Assembly: GCA_963664325.2 (NCBI GenBank)
Contig: CAXXDQ010000003.1
Location: 416,001-480,000 of the forward strand
Source of the DNA: Desulfomonilia bacterium
Lineage (GTDB): Bacteria; Desulfobacterota; Desulfomonilia; UBA1062
DNA length: 64,000 nucleotides
Direction of reading: 5' to 3'
Shown: positions 10,448 to 19,416 of the stretch, in pieces
Numbering within the stretch: the stretch's first letter is position 1
Layout of the letters: every line of letters begins with the position of its first letter
Position numbers and translations under genes: made by a program
The notes under the pieces: model-generated
Database searches by the model: none
Told to the model about the DNA's origin: nothing
The model's input: only the letters and a program-made list of their open reading frames with translations

Positions 10448-11548
10448 ATGAAAAAATTAATGATGGTTCTTGCTGCCGGCTGTTTCCTTACCGTATTATT
10501 ACCTTCTTCTTCTTACCCCTGTGGAAGTTTCAGCGTTACGGCTGATGACGGGTCGATCCTGGCCGTACGATCAATGGAATTCTCGGTTGATTTGAAATAC
10601 GACATCATTATTGTTCCGAGAAATAAAATTTGCCAGAGTCCCGCTCCGGAAGGCAAAACAGGCTTGAAGTGGAAAACGCTGTTCGGTTATACCGGGGTTG
10701 CGACCTTCGGCATGGACCATGGCATATCCGATGGAATGAATGAAAAGGGTCTGGCCGTAAGTCTGCTGTGGTATGAAAACGACATGAAATGGCAGAGTGT
10801 CGGCCCTAAGGAAACAAACCGCGCCCTTGCCGAGACCATTCTGGTCGATTGGATTCTAGGCAATTTTTCAACCGTGGACCAGGTAAAAGAGAATATAAAG
10901 AATGTCAGGGTATTCAGTTATGCCGACCCGTTGGTAAAGATTGCACTGCCCGCACATTTCATTGTTTACGATGCTTCCGGCGGTTCGATCGTCATAGAGT
11001 ATGATAACGGCGTATGCAATGTTTATGACGATCCGCTGGGAATCATGACAAATGCGCCCAATTTCCCGTGGCATCTCACGAACCTGCGCCAGTACATCGG
11101 CATGAGAACCGAAAACCCGGAATCCCTGAATGTAAAAGGAAAGAGCATCCTTCCGACCGGTCACGGGTCGGGGATGATCGGCCTGCCTGGTGATTATACT
11201 CCGGCGAGCAGGTTTGTGAGGTTTGTGGCCTTAAAGAGGTTTGCCGACAAACAGCATGACGCGAAAGGAAATCTTAATCTCGCGCAGCATATCATCAACA
11301 CGTTTGATATCCCGCAGGGCATCATAACCGATACACAGGCGGACGGCAAAACAGTGCTCAAGGAACTGACCCAGTGGGTGACCTTCAAGGACCTTACAAA
11401 CCGCATAATATACTTCAGGACCTATGATAACTTCAATCTGAGGAAAATTGATCTGAATGCGCTCGATTTTGATGCAAGGACCATCAAACGCATTTCGATG
11501 TTTGACAGGCCCGAAGCCATAATTGATGTTACGGGTCAGGCCCGTTAA
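10448..11548 (+). CDS. Secreted Ntn hydrolase, choloylglycine hydrolase/penicillin V acylase family
   Basis: Signal peptide followed by nucleophilic Cys (P|CGSF); VRSMEF, GMNEKGL, TNAP, GLPGDYTPASRFVR. Confidence 0.9.
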   Translation: MKKLMMVLAAGCFLTVLLPSSSYPCGSFSVTADDGSILAVRSMEFSVDLKYDIIIVPRNKICQSPAPEGKTGLKWKTLFGYTGVATFGMDHGISDGMNEKGLAVSLLWYENDMKWQSVGPKETNRALAETILVDWILGNFSTVDQVKENIKNVRVFSYADPLVKIALPAHFIVYDASGGSIVIEYDNGVCNVYDDPLGIMTNAPNFPWHLTNLRQYIGMRTENPESLNVKGKSILPTGHGSGMIGLPGDYTPASRFVRFVALKRFADKQHDAKGNLNLAQHIINTFDIPQGIITDTQADGKTVLKELTQWVTFKDLTNRIIYFRTYDNFNLRKIDLNALDFDARTIKRISMFDRPEAIIDVTGQAR

Positions 11549-11631
11549 AACTTCGGGACTTCGAATGGATCAGGCCTCAACAAACGGCTATACATGAAGA
11601 TTTGTTGAATGCTGGGGCCTGAATCCTAAAA

Positions 11632-12291
11632 TCATGCTTCAAAAAGGTTATTGATTCCGCCCAGCATGAACGAGGCTGTCTCATCTGCGATTCCCTTGAT
11701 ATTTTTCGAACTGTTCTGCCAGAGGAAATAGTGGCATGCGATCCGTTCGTATATTCCGACTATGCAGACTGCGATCAGCTCGGGCGAAAAATCGGAAATG
11801 AAACTTTTTCCCTGTTCCTTGCTTATCTTCTTTATTGCATCTTTAATATCAAGGGTCAGTTTGATGAACAGCTGCTTTCGCTGCTCTTCCACTTCAAGAC
11901 TCTGCCCGACCGATTCCCTGAAAAAAATGGTTAATTTCTCCGGGTGGCGCTTGCAGAAATTCTTTAAAAAGGCATAAGGGATATTGTTGAATCCATTCAG
12001 CGTTAAATCTGTCTTTTCAAATTCCTCGCCGAGCAGTTTTCTTAAAAAATGTCCTATCTCATGCATCAGCTTGATAAGCAGGTCATCCTTGTTCTTGAAA
12101 TAAAAATACACAGCCCCTGTCGAAACCTCGGCCAGGTCGGCGACTTCTTCAATGCTGGTCTGGTTGAAGCCCTTTCTTGCAAACAGCTCTTCGGCGGCCT
12201 TTAATATTGTGTTGTAGCGGTTTTCCTTTTCCCTGAGCCTGCGCATGGAGCGTCTCGGCAACGGGGAATCTGTGTTGTCTCTTTTAGTCAT
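11632..12291 (-). CDS. TetR/AcrR family regulator (positional AtuR equivalent)
   Basis: HTH AEELFARKGFNQTSIEEVADLAEVSTGAVYFYFKNK. Confidence 0.92.
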   Translation of the reverse strand: MTKRDNTDSPLPRRSMRRLREKENRYNTILKAAEELFARKGFNQTSIEEVADLAEVSTGAVYFYFKNKDDLLIKLMHEIGHFLRKLLGEEFEKTDLTLNGFNNIPYAFLKNFCKRHPEKLTIFFRESVGQSLEVEEQRKQLFIKLTLDIKDAIKKISKEQGKSFISDFSPELIAVCIVGIYERIACHYFLWQNSSKNIKGIADETASFMLGGINNLFEA

Positions 12292-12320
12292 AACAGCTTA
12301 TAGTTCTCCTTCACGATTAA

Positions 12321-13292
12321 TTATACTTCCAAAGTTCTCAGCCTTGAAAGTATTTTGTGGGCGCCGGAAACGATCTCATCGACAACCTCGGCTATGGGCT
12401 TTATCTCATGGATGAGGCAGGCGCACAACCCGCAGGCGATGGGAACGCCTTCGCAATCGCCGAGTGCATACATCTGTTTGCCGATTTTTCCGCTTACAAC
12501 CGTGAGCAGTTCGGCGAGTCCTGCCCCTCTGGCCTCCATTTCAAGGCATGTATCTGTCGCCCAGTTTTTCATGCAGCGCATGGGATTTTTAATGCTTCGC
12601 ATGATGAGCGTAGTATCTCTTTCCGTCACCTCAAGATAGCGCTTCTTGATTTTTTCATTCATTGTACTTTCGGTTGTAGCCACAAACCTGGTTCCCATTA
12701 CCACGCCTGCAGCCCCGTAGCACATGGCGGCTGCGAACCCCCTAGCATCGGCGACACCTCCTGCCGCAATTACCGGAACCCCGAGCTCGTCTACGGCTTT
12801 GGGCAGGATTATCGAAAGCGGGATGTCGTCCATGCCCGGATGGCCGCCGCATTCAAAACCCACGATTATTATGCCGTCAACGCCTCCGGCAACTGCTTTT
12901 TTAGCAAACCGTATAGTGGGAACCTTATGAAATACCTTGACTCCTGCCTCTTTAAGCACAGGCATAAGAAATGCCGGGTCATGCCCCGCGGTTTCCACAG
13001 CAGCAACCTTTTCTTCAGCAGCTACCCGCGCAAAGCCCAGAGAGCGCTCGCCCTTTCCCAGTTCAGGAAGCATGCTTATGTTCACACCGAAGGGTTTGTC
13101 GGTCAATGCCCTCGTTTTCCTTATTTCATCACGCAGGGCCTCAGCCGTCGGCGACGTCTCGGCCGTCAGGAAGGCCATAACTCCTGCATTTGCAGCCGAT
13201 GCAACGAATTCGGCGGTTGAAAGCCATTGCATTCCCCCCATCATGATAGGATGGGGGATGCCCAGCATCTCGGTCAGTCTGGTCTTGAACAT
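12321..13292 (-). CDS. Nitronate monooxygenase / FabK-like FMN oxidoreductase
   Basis: TDKPFGVN, GFECGGHPG, PVIAAGGVADARG, GVVMGTRF. Confidence 0.9.
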   Translation of the reverse strand: MFKTRLTEMLGIPHPIMMGGMQWLSTAEFVASAANAGVMAFLTAETSPTAEALRDEIRKTRALTDKPFGVNISMLPELGKGERSLGFARVAAEEKVAAVETAGHDPAFLMPVLKEAGVKVFHKVPTIRFAKKAVAGGVDGIIIVGFECGGHPGMDDIPLSIILPKAVDELGVPVIAAGGVADARGFAAAMCYGAAGVVMGTRFVATTESTMNEKIKKRYLEVTERDTTLIMRSIKNPMRCMKNWATDTCLEMEARGAGLAELLTVVSGKIGKQMYALGDCEGVPIACGLCACLIHEIKPIAEVVDEIVSGAHKILSRLRTLEV

Positions 13293-13332
13293 GGTTTATT
13301 TTTTCTCCTGAATTATATGCTCTAGACGGGTT

Positions 13333-14469
13333 TCAAAAACCCTCCATACGGGCGATTATTTCGCACATCACCTCGTCCGCGCCCCCGCCGATCGACATGA
13401 TCCTTGAGTCCCGGAAATACCTCGAAATGAGGGTCTCGTTCATGAAGCCCATTCCTCCGAACATCTGCAGGCAGCCGGTAGCGACCTCGGATATAAGCTG
13501 CCCGGCTGTCAGTTTGCCCATCGATATTTCGCGGGTGACATCGAGGCCTTCCATCTTCATCCTTACTATATGATAGGTCAGCTGCTTCAGGCATTCGTTT
13601 CTCGTGAGCCACCCGGCCAGCCTGTGCCTGAGCACCTGCTTTGTTATGAGCGGTTTGCCGAAGACCACCCTCTGCCTTAAATAATCCACCGTCATATCGA
13701 TCATGTCCCTGACGCACACATGTACGCCGGGGAGAATAGAGAAACGTTCGTGCTGGAACTGCTTCATCTGGTAGATGAAGCCTTCTCCCTCTTCACCGAT
13801 CAGGTTTTCGGTTGGGATCTCGACATTGTCAAAAAACAGCTCGGCCGTATCGCTGCTTCTGAGCCCTACCTTGTCCAGTTTTTTACTTACCGAAAACCCG
13901 GGCAGGTTTGTCGGCACGACAAAAAGGCCGAAGGAATGATAACCGGGTTCATCGCCAGTTCTTGCGAGCAGCGTCAGGAAGTCGGCCTGGGTACCGTTGG
14001 TGATAAATGTCTTGGAGCCGTTTAAGACGTACCGGCCGTCCTTTTTCACCGCCCTGGTTTTGATGGCGAAAACATCGGATCCGGCATCGGGTTCGGTGAC
14101 CGCGATAGCCGAGACCATGTCACCGGCAATCGCAGGCCTTAGATAAGTCTCTTTCAGATAGTTGCTTCCATAAGCGGCAATGGCCGGGGTTGCCATGTTT
14201 GTCTGCACGGCGACGGCAGTTGAGACACCCACTCCATGAACATGCCCCATTTCCTCGAGCAGTATGGTTTCAAACCAGTAGTCAAGGCCCTGGCCGCCAT
14301 ATTCGGGTTCATAGCGGATGCCCAGAAATCCGAGGTCGCCCATCTTCTTGAACAGGTCATGAAGGGGCACTGTTTTTTCCTCCCATTCGTCCATGAACGG
14401 ATTGATCTCCTTGTCGACAAATTTCTTTACGGATTGCCTGAATGCCTCGTGCGTTTCGTTAAAATACAT
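13333..14469 (-). CDS. Acyl-CoA dehydrogenase (AtuD/citronellyl-CoA dehydrogenase-like)
   Basis: AVTEPDAGSD, NGSKTFITNG, SDTAELFFD, QMFGGMGF, SIGGGADEVM. Confidence 0.92.
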   Translation of the reverse strand: MYFNETHEAFRQSVKKFVDKEINPFMDEWEEKTVPLHDLFKKMGDLGFLGIRYEPEYGGQGLDYWFETILLEEMGHVHGVGVSTAVAVQTNMATPAIAAYGSNYLKETYLRPAIAGDMVSAIAVTEPDAGSDVFAIKTRAVKKDGRYVLNGSKTFITNGTQADFLTLLARTGDEPGYHSFGLFVVPTNLPGFSVSKKLDKVGLRSSDTAELFFDNVEIPTENLIGEEGEGFIYQMKQFQHERFSILPGVHVCVRDMIDMTVDYLRQRVVFGKPLITKQVLRHRLAGWLTRNECLKQLTYHIVRMKMEGLDVTREISMGKLTAGQLISEVATGCLQMFGGMGFMNETLISRYFRDSRIMSIGGGADEVMCEIIARMEGF

Positions 14470-14488
14470 TTAATCCCCCCTGTTAAAT

Positions 14489-16186
14489 TTATCTGAGCGC
14501 CTTCTTGTCCACCTTGCCTACTGCGGTAAGAGGGATGGCGTCAATTATCTCGAAAATCTTGGGAACCTTGTACGGTGACAGGTTTTCCTGGCAGAGATCA
14601 AGAAGTTCCTTCTTTATCTGGTCCCGGTCTTTATTGAGCGAATCTTCCGCAAGCTGAATGAACGCCTTCACGATCTGGCTGTCGGGACGCTTGGGATTCG
14701 GGATGCCTATGATTGCACAGAAACTGACCGAACCATGCTGGTAAAGGATTTCCTCGACCTCCCTGGAAAACACCTTGAAGCCGCCGACAATAAGCATGTC
14801 CTTGGCGCGGTCGACGAGGTAGAAATACCCGTCTTCATCCATCCATCCGATGTCTCCCGTATAGAGCCATTTTTCATTTTTGTATTCGCGAAGCGTATGG
14901 TTAGTGTCTTCGGGTTTATTGTGGTAACCTTTCATGACCTGCGGTCCGTTGACGATGATCTCACCCGCCTCGCGCAGGGGCATTTCCCTTGTCCCCGTCT
15001 CGACGTCCACGACCTTGAGCCTGGTGTTCTGCATGGGAAGGCCGACCGAGCCGATCCTCTTCTCTCCTTTCAGGGGATTCATGCAGATAAGGGGGCTGGC
15101 CTCGGTCATTCCGAAAATCTCGACGACCTTTCCCTTGCCCACGATATTTTCAAGTGCGGCCATGCCTTCTTTCGAAAAAGGGGAAGCTCCTGAAATGCAT
15201 ACCTCGCACCCGGAGAAATCAAGCTCAGAGAATCTCGGATTGTCCATGAGCATCTGATACAGTGAAGGCACATGGAGCATGACGCGCGGCTTGTGTTCGG
15301 CAATCTCCTTGCACACGTTTTCCGTATTTCTTGGGTCCGGGATTATGCACTGCGTGTACGCCATCGCCATTGTCGTCATGCCGAAATAGAGGCCAGCCTG
15401 ATGGAAGTACGGAAAGCCGGAGCATCCGACCCCGCTCCCCATCTCGAACTTGAGCCATTGAACTGCCTGCCTTATATTTGCGACGATATTACTGTGCGTC
15501 AGCACCGCGCCCTTCGGCATTCCGGTCGTGCCTCCCGTATACTGGATGAGGCATGTGTCATCGGCCTTTATTCGCACTTCGGGCCTTGAAGGGCGGTATT
15601 TTTTCAACAGTCCCATGAATGAAATGATGTCCTTGCCGGGTATGGGTTTTATCTTTCCGGAAGGGATCTTTTTGAGAAGCTTTCCCAGATATCTCTTATA
15701 AAACGGCAGAAAATCGGCGATATTTGTTACGACACAGCTTCTGAGTGACGGAACATCATCCCGTATTTTCTGAACTCTGTGTTCAAAGATTGCGTCGAGG
15801 GTTACGAGAATCTTCACACCCGAATCGTTTATCTGGTAGGCCATCTCCTTGGGAGTCAGGAGAGGAGAGACCCCGCTTGCCACACATCCCGAGCGCATTA
15901 TTCCGCACAGGGCGATCAGGTACTGCGGGGTGTTGGGAAGGTTGATGCCTACCACATCGCCGGGGACGCAACCCATATCCTTAATATAACCTGCGAACCG
16001 CAGCGAGAGCTCGTCGAGTTTGCCAAACGTGCATGTGTGGCCAAGGAAATGAAACGCAGGCCTTTCCGGATACTTGCTCATGGATGCCTCAATAAGATCG
16101 GCATAAGTGTCTTCATTGACCGCAATCTGAGGCTCAACATCAGGGTCATATGATTTGAGCCAGGGCATTGAATCATAATCCGTCAT
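14489..16186 (-). CDS. Long-chain fatty acid--CoA ligase (AtuH-like position)
   Basis: QYTGGTTGMPKG, FGMTE, LYTGDIG, PLTAVGKVDKK. Confidence 0.93.
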   Translation of the reverse strand: MTDYDSMPWLKSYDPDVEPQIAVNEDTYADLIEASMSKYPERPAFHFLGHTCTFGKLDELSLRFAGYIKDMGCVPGDVVGINLPNTPQYLIALCGIMRSGCVASGVSPLLTPKEMAYQINDSGVKILVTLDAIFEHRVQKIRDDVPSLRSCVVTNIADFLPFYKRYLGKLLKKIPSGKIKPIPGKDIISFMGLLKKYRPSRPEVRIKADDTCLIQYTGGTTGMPKGAVLTHSNIVANIRQAVQWLKFEMGSGVGCSGFPYFHQAGLYFGMTTMAMAYTQCIIPDPRNTENVCKEIAEHKPRVMLHVPSLYQMLMDNPRFSELDFSGCEVCISGASPFSKEGMAALENIVGKGKVVEIFGMTEASPLICMNPLKGEKRIGSVGLPMQNTRLKVVDVETGTREMPLREAGEIIVNGPQVMKGYHNKPEDTNHTLREYKNEKWLYTGDIGWMDEDGYFYLVDRAKDMLIVGGFKVFSREVEEILYQHGSVSFCAIIGIPNPKRPDSQIVKAFIQLAEDSLNKDRDQIKKELLDLCQENLSPYKVPKIFEIIDAIPLTAVGKVDKKALR

Positions 16187-16200
16187 ACCGCACCTCCATG

Positions 16201-16239
16201 ATAAAATAGGACGGGACAGCCGAAAGGGCTGTCCTGTCC
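16201..16239 (-). terminator. Intra-operon hairpin/terminator between atuA and the CoA ligase
   Basis: Minus strand GGACAGGACAGCC-CTTTC-GGCTGTCCCGTCC then TATTTTAT. Confidence 0.65.
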
Positions 16240-16253
16240 GTCAGTCTGTAAAT

Positions 16254-18035
16254 CTATGATTCCGGCGCTATTGCCTCTGGGAGTTCGACGATCTTGGCCC
16301 TGAGGTATTCTCCCAGGGTTTTTGCCTGCGGGTCGCTTCTGAGTGAGGCGGCGACGCCCTCGCCCAGAACGCCCTTTATATAAAAGTTTATTGCCAGCAG
16401 GTTGGGAAATTCATAGCGCTCCATCTCAAAGGCGCTCATGTCTTTAAGCAGCTCCTTTAATTTGTCTGTCGTCAGAAATTCTCTCAGGAATGCATAGGCC
16501 ATAGGCGTCTTCGCCCAGACGCCGAGATTGGCATTTCCGCCCTTATCGCCGGAACGTGTTGCAAAAACACGGCCGAACGGTATCCTTACGGTCTTACCTT
16601 CCGGTTTGGGAGGGATCTTGACTTCCTTCGCTTTGATTGTGCCGGCAGATGAACCGGGTGCAGTTGATTCAACAATAATTTCTTTTTCGTCAATGACGAC
16701 CTTCTGCTGGACATGCCTTTGTGAGATGAGGCTCGGCCAGTGGATAATGGCCGGACTTCCTTTTCCCGGAGGGGCGGTTGCCGTAAACCCCGGGATATTT
16801 GCCAGTCCCAGCTCCACGATCTTTGAGGAAAATTTCTCGACCTTCTTTGCATCCGGGTCCATCACCGAAACCCGAAGATAGGCGAACGCCTCGTCATTTG
16901 TTTCGGGGTCATCTTTATTCGACTTGACGAGCTGGACATCCTCGACCGCGAATTTTCCTCTGCCGCCCAGGCCCGCGAACAGGGCGTCTTCAAATATCTT
17001 CGCCTTCTTTTCTATATCCAGCCCGGTAAGCACGATTGTCATTGAATTCCTGTGGCCGCCGATGTTGTTGATGCAGACCTTGGTCGTTGCAGGAGGCGCT
17101 TCGCCCCGTACGCCGGTTATTTTCGTCCGGTCAGGGCCCTCCTGGGAAATTTCGATTGTATCGAAGAATGCAGAAACATCAGGGGTCAGATATCTGGGCT
17201 GTCTCACCTCATACAGGAGCTGGGCCTTGACCGTATCAACCGACACAAGGCCTCCCGTGCCCGGATGCTTTGTGATTACTGAGGAGCCGTCTTCGAATAT
17301 TTCAGCAATGGGGTAACCTACATTGATGAACGACGGCACCTCTTCGATAAACGAATAATTGCCGCCCGTGGCCTGCGCCCCGCATTCAATGACGTGCCCG
17401 GCAACGGAGGCTCCTGCAAGCCTGTTCCAGTCATCCCTTTTCCAGCCGAACCACCATGCGGCCGGGCCTACTGTAAGAGAGGCATCCGCAATCCTGCCGC
17501 CGACCACTATATCGGCCCCCTGCTCAAGAGCCTCGGCTATACCCCATCCGCCCATATAGGCATTGGCCGTGATGGACATTGCCCCTGCCTCTTTAAGGCT
17601 GATGCCCTTGTCCATGTGGATGAATGCTTCGCCTTTTTCCTGAAGTTCGGCAAGGCGTCCCATCAGGTCGTCGCCCTCTATGTAGGCTATTTTCGGATTA
17701 AGCCCGAGCGCCCCTGCAATTTTCTTAAGCTCATTGGCCAGGGCCTTCGGGCCGAGCCCGCCCGCATTCGATACCACGCGGATGCCCTTATCCAGACATT
17801 CCCCCATGATCTCTTCCATCTGCTTTAAAAATGTCGAAGCAAAGCCCGCCTCCGGGTTTTTCATTTTCAAGCGGAAAAGCAGCGCCATGGTGAGCTCGGC
17901 CAGATAGTCTCCCGTAAGTATGTCGATGGGCCCGCCCTGCACCATTTCCCTTGCAGCCGAGAGCCTGTCGCCGAAAAAGCCGCTGCAGTTGGCGATGATG
18001 ACCCTGTCTCTGTTATTCGGATTTTTACTTCCCAT
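16254..18035 (-). CDS. atuA: Acyclic terpene utilization AtuA family protein
   Basis: IANCSGFFGDR, GDYLAELTM, ANAYMGGWGI, GHVIECG, QLLYEV, RSGDKGGNAN, DPQAKTLGE. Confidence 0.9.
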   Translation of the reverse strand: MGSKNPNNRDRVIIANCSGFFGDRLSAAREMVQGGPIDILTGDYLAELTMALLFRLKMKNPEAGFASTFLKQMEEIMGECLDKGIRVVSNAGGLGPKALANELKKIAGALGLNPKIAYIEGDDLMGRLAELQEKGEAFIHMDKGISLKEAGAMSITANAYMGGWGIAEALEQGADIVVGGRIADASLTVGPAAWWFGWKRDDWNRLAGASVAGHVIECGAQATGGNYSFIEEVPSFINVGYPIAEIFEDGSSVITKHPGTGGLVSVDTVKAQLLYEVRQPRYLTPDVSAFFDTIEISQEGPDRTKITGVRGEAPPATTKVCINNIGGHRNSMTIVLTGLDIEKKAKIFEDALFAGLGGRGKFAVEDVQLVKSNKDDPETNDEAFAYLRVSVMDPDAKKVEKFSSKIVELGLANIPGFTATAPPGKGSPAIIHWPSLISQRHVQQKVVIDEKEIIVESTAPGSSAGTIKAKEVKIPPKPEGKTVRIPFGRVFATRSGDKGGNANLGVWAKTPMAYAFLREFLTTDKLKELLKDMSAFEMERYEFPNLLAINFYIKGVLGEGVAASLRSDPQAKTLGEYLRAKIVELPEAIAPES

Positions 18036-18059
18036 ACACCCCCCTGTTATTATATTTGA

Positions 18060-18830
18060 TCAGCGGCCTTTGAAACTGGGCTGCCGTTTTTCGATGAAAG
18101 CCGTGATTCCTTCCCTGGCATCTTCCGTGCTGACAACCTGTTTTAACCTTTCGGACAGAAAGACCAGGGCGTCTTTAAGAGGCATGCCCTCCATTTCATG
18201 ATAGGCCTGTTTGCCGATCTTCATTCCGATGGGGCTCTTTAAGGCAAGTGCATAAAGGACTTTGCCGACTTCTTCATCAAGGGTTGCAGCGGGCACGACC
18301 CTTGTGATCAAACCCATGGACAAAGCCTCTCCGGCTGATAACCGCTCTCCAAGAAGGATCATCTCCATGGCCTTTTTGAGTCTGACATTACGAAAAATCA
18401 ATGCGCCTATCATCATGGGCCACAGGCCTACATTGACCTCTGGAGTACCGAATTTAGAGTCGTCGCTCGCGATGACGATATCGCAGGCGAGCATGAAGCC
18501 CATCCCTCCCGCCAGGCAGAAACCCTTGACGCGACCAACGGTAGGCTTGGGAAAAGTAGCCAGCCTGTTCAAGAGACTTGCATAGTTTGCGAATATATTC
18601 TGGCCTTCTGTTGAAAGTCCGTCTCCAAGCTGCGCTCCTGTGCAGAAGGCCTTGTCACCTGCGCCTGTAACAAGGATAACCCTTACATTATCATCGTTTT
18701 CGGCTGCGATTAGATATTCATGAAAAAGGCTGATCGCCTCAGGCGTGATAGCGTTTCTCTGCTGTTCGCGGTTGATCGTAATAAAAGCGGTTCCATTCTC
18801 GACCCGATAGAGCAAATGACTTTCTTCCAT
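18060..18830 (-). CDS. Enoyl-CoA hydratase/isomerase (AtuE/LiuC-like)
   Basis: Crotonase motifs AFCTGA, LAGGMGFMLACD, FGTPEVNVGL. Confidence 0.9.
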   Translation of the reverse strand: MEESHLLYRVENGTAFITINREQQRNAITPEAISLFHEYLIAAENDDNVRVILVTGAGDKAFCTGAQLGDGLSTEGQNIFANYASLLNRLATFPKPTVGRVKGFCLAGGMGFMLACDIVIASDDSKFGTPEVNVGLWPMMIGALIFRNVRLKKAMEMILLGERLSAGEALSMGLITRVVPAATLDEEVGKVLYALALKSPIGMKIGKQAYHEMEGMPLKDALVFLSERLKQVVSTEDAREGITAFIEKRQPSFKGR

Positions 18831-18850
18831 TTCAATGCCTCCATTTATTT

Positions 18851-19384
18851 TCAGGATTCAGCCTGCCGGCCGGGTTCCTCCTGCGACTTTTCGATATTCA
18901 CCAGAATCAGGCCGGGCATTACCTTGTCCCCGACCGATACGTTTATCTTCGTAACCTGGCCGTCATACGGCGCTGTCAGTGTGGTTTCCATTTTCATGGC
19001 GGCCACCACAACAACTCCGTCTCCCTTTTTAACTATATCTCCGGCAGCCACCATTATGCGCTCGACCACGGACGGCATGGGCGGAGTGATATCCTGGGGC
19101 AAACCGGCTGGGCCTTTCCTTGATTTTTTTGTCTGCCCGGCCATGTCCGTGTCTTGAATAAGGTATGAGATCCCGTTTATCACTATGTTTCTTTCCCCGC
19201 TGTTTCCAGTTATGAATGCATTAAAACCTGAACCTTCCACGACAAGCTTGATCTCATTTTCGGAAATGACTGAATAACAGACATTCATGACGCGTGAGCC
19301 GTCAGTAACTTTAACGGTATCTGCGCCTGTAATTTCCACGTCAAAAGCAGTTGAAGTTTCATCGTTTTTGAATCTGTACTGCAT
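18851..19384 (-). CDS. Biotin carboxyl carrier protein with N-terminal BT-type beta domain
   Basis: ITPPMPSVV...AAMKM biotinyl-Lys motif...APYDGQV; own RBS (AGGGGTG). Confidence 0.88.
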   Translation of the reverse strand: MQYRFKNDETSTAFDVEITGADTVKVTDGSRVMNVCYSVISENEIKLVVEGSGFNAFITGNSGERNIVINGISYLIQDTDMAGQTKKSRKGPAGLPQDITPPMPSVVERIMVAAGDIVKKGDGVVVVAAMKMETTLTAPYDGQVTKINVSVGDKVMPGLILVNIEKSQEEPGRQAES

Positions 19385-19416
19385 TATTTCAGCACCCCTT
19401 TACCTGTTCATAAGGA

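Noticed and set aside
12357-13220. Long antisense ORFs (287 aa here; also 19906..20754, 29937..30485 and many shorter ones)
   Set aside because: They lie opposite well-supported genes and lack motifs and RBS; shadow ORFs.
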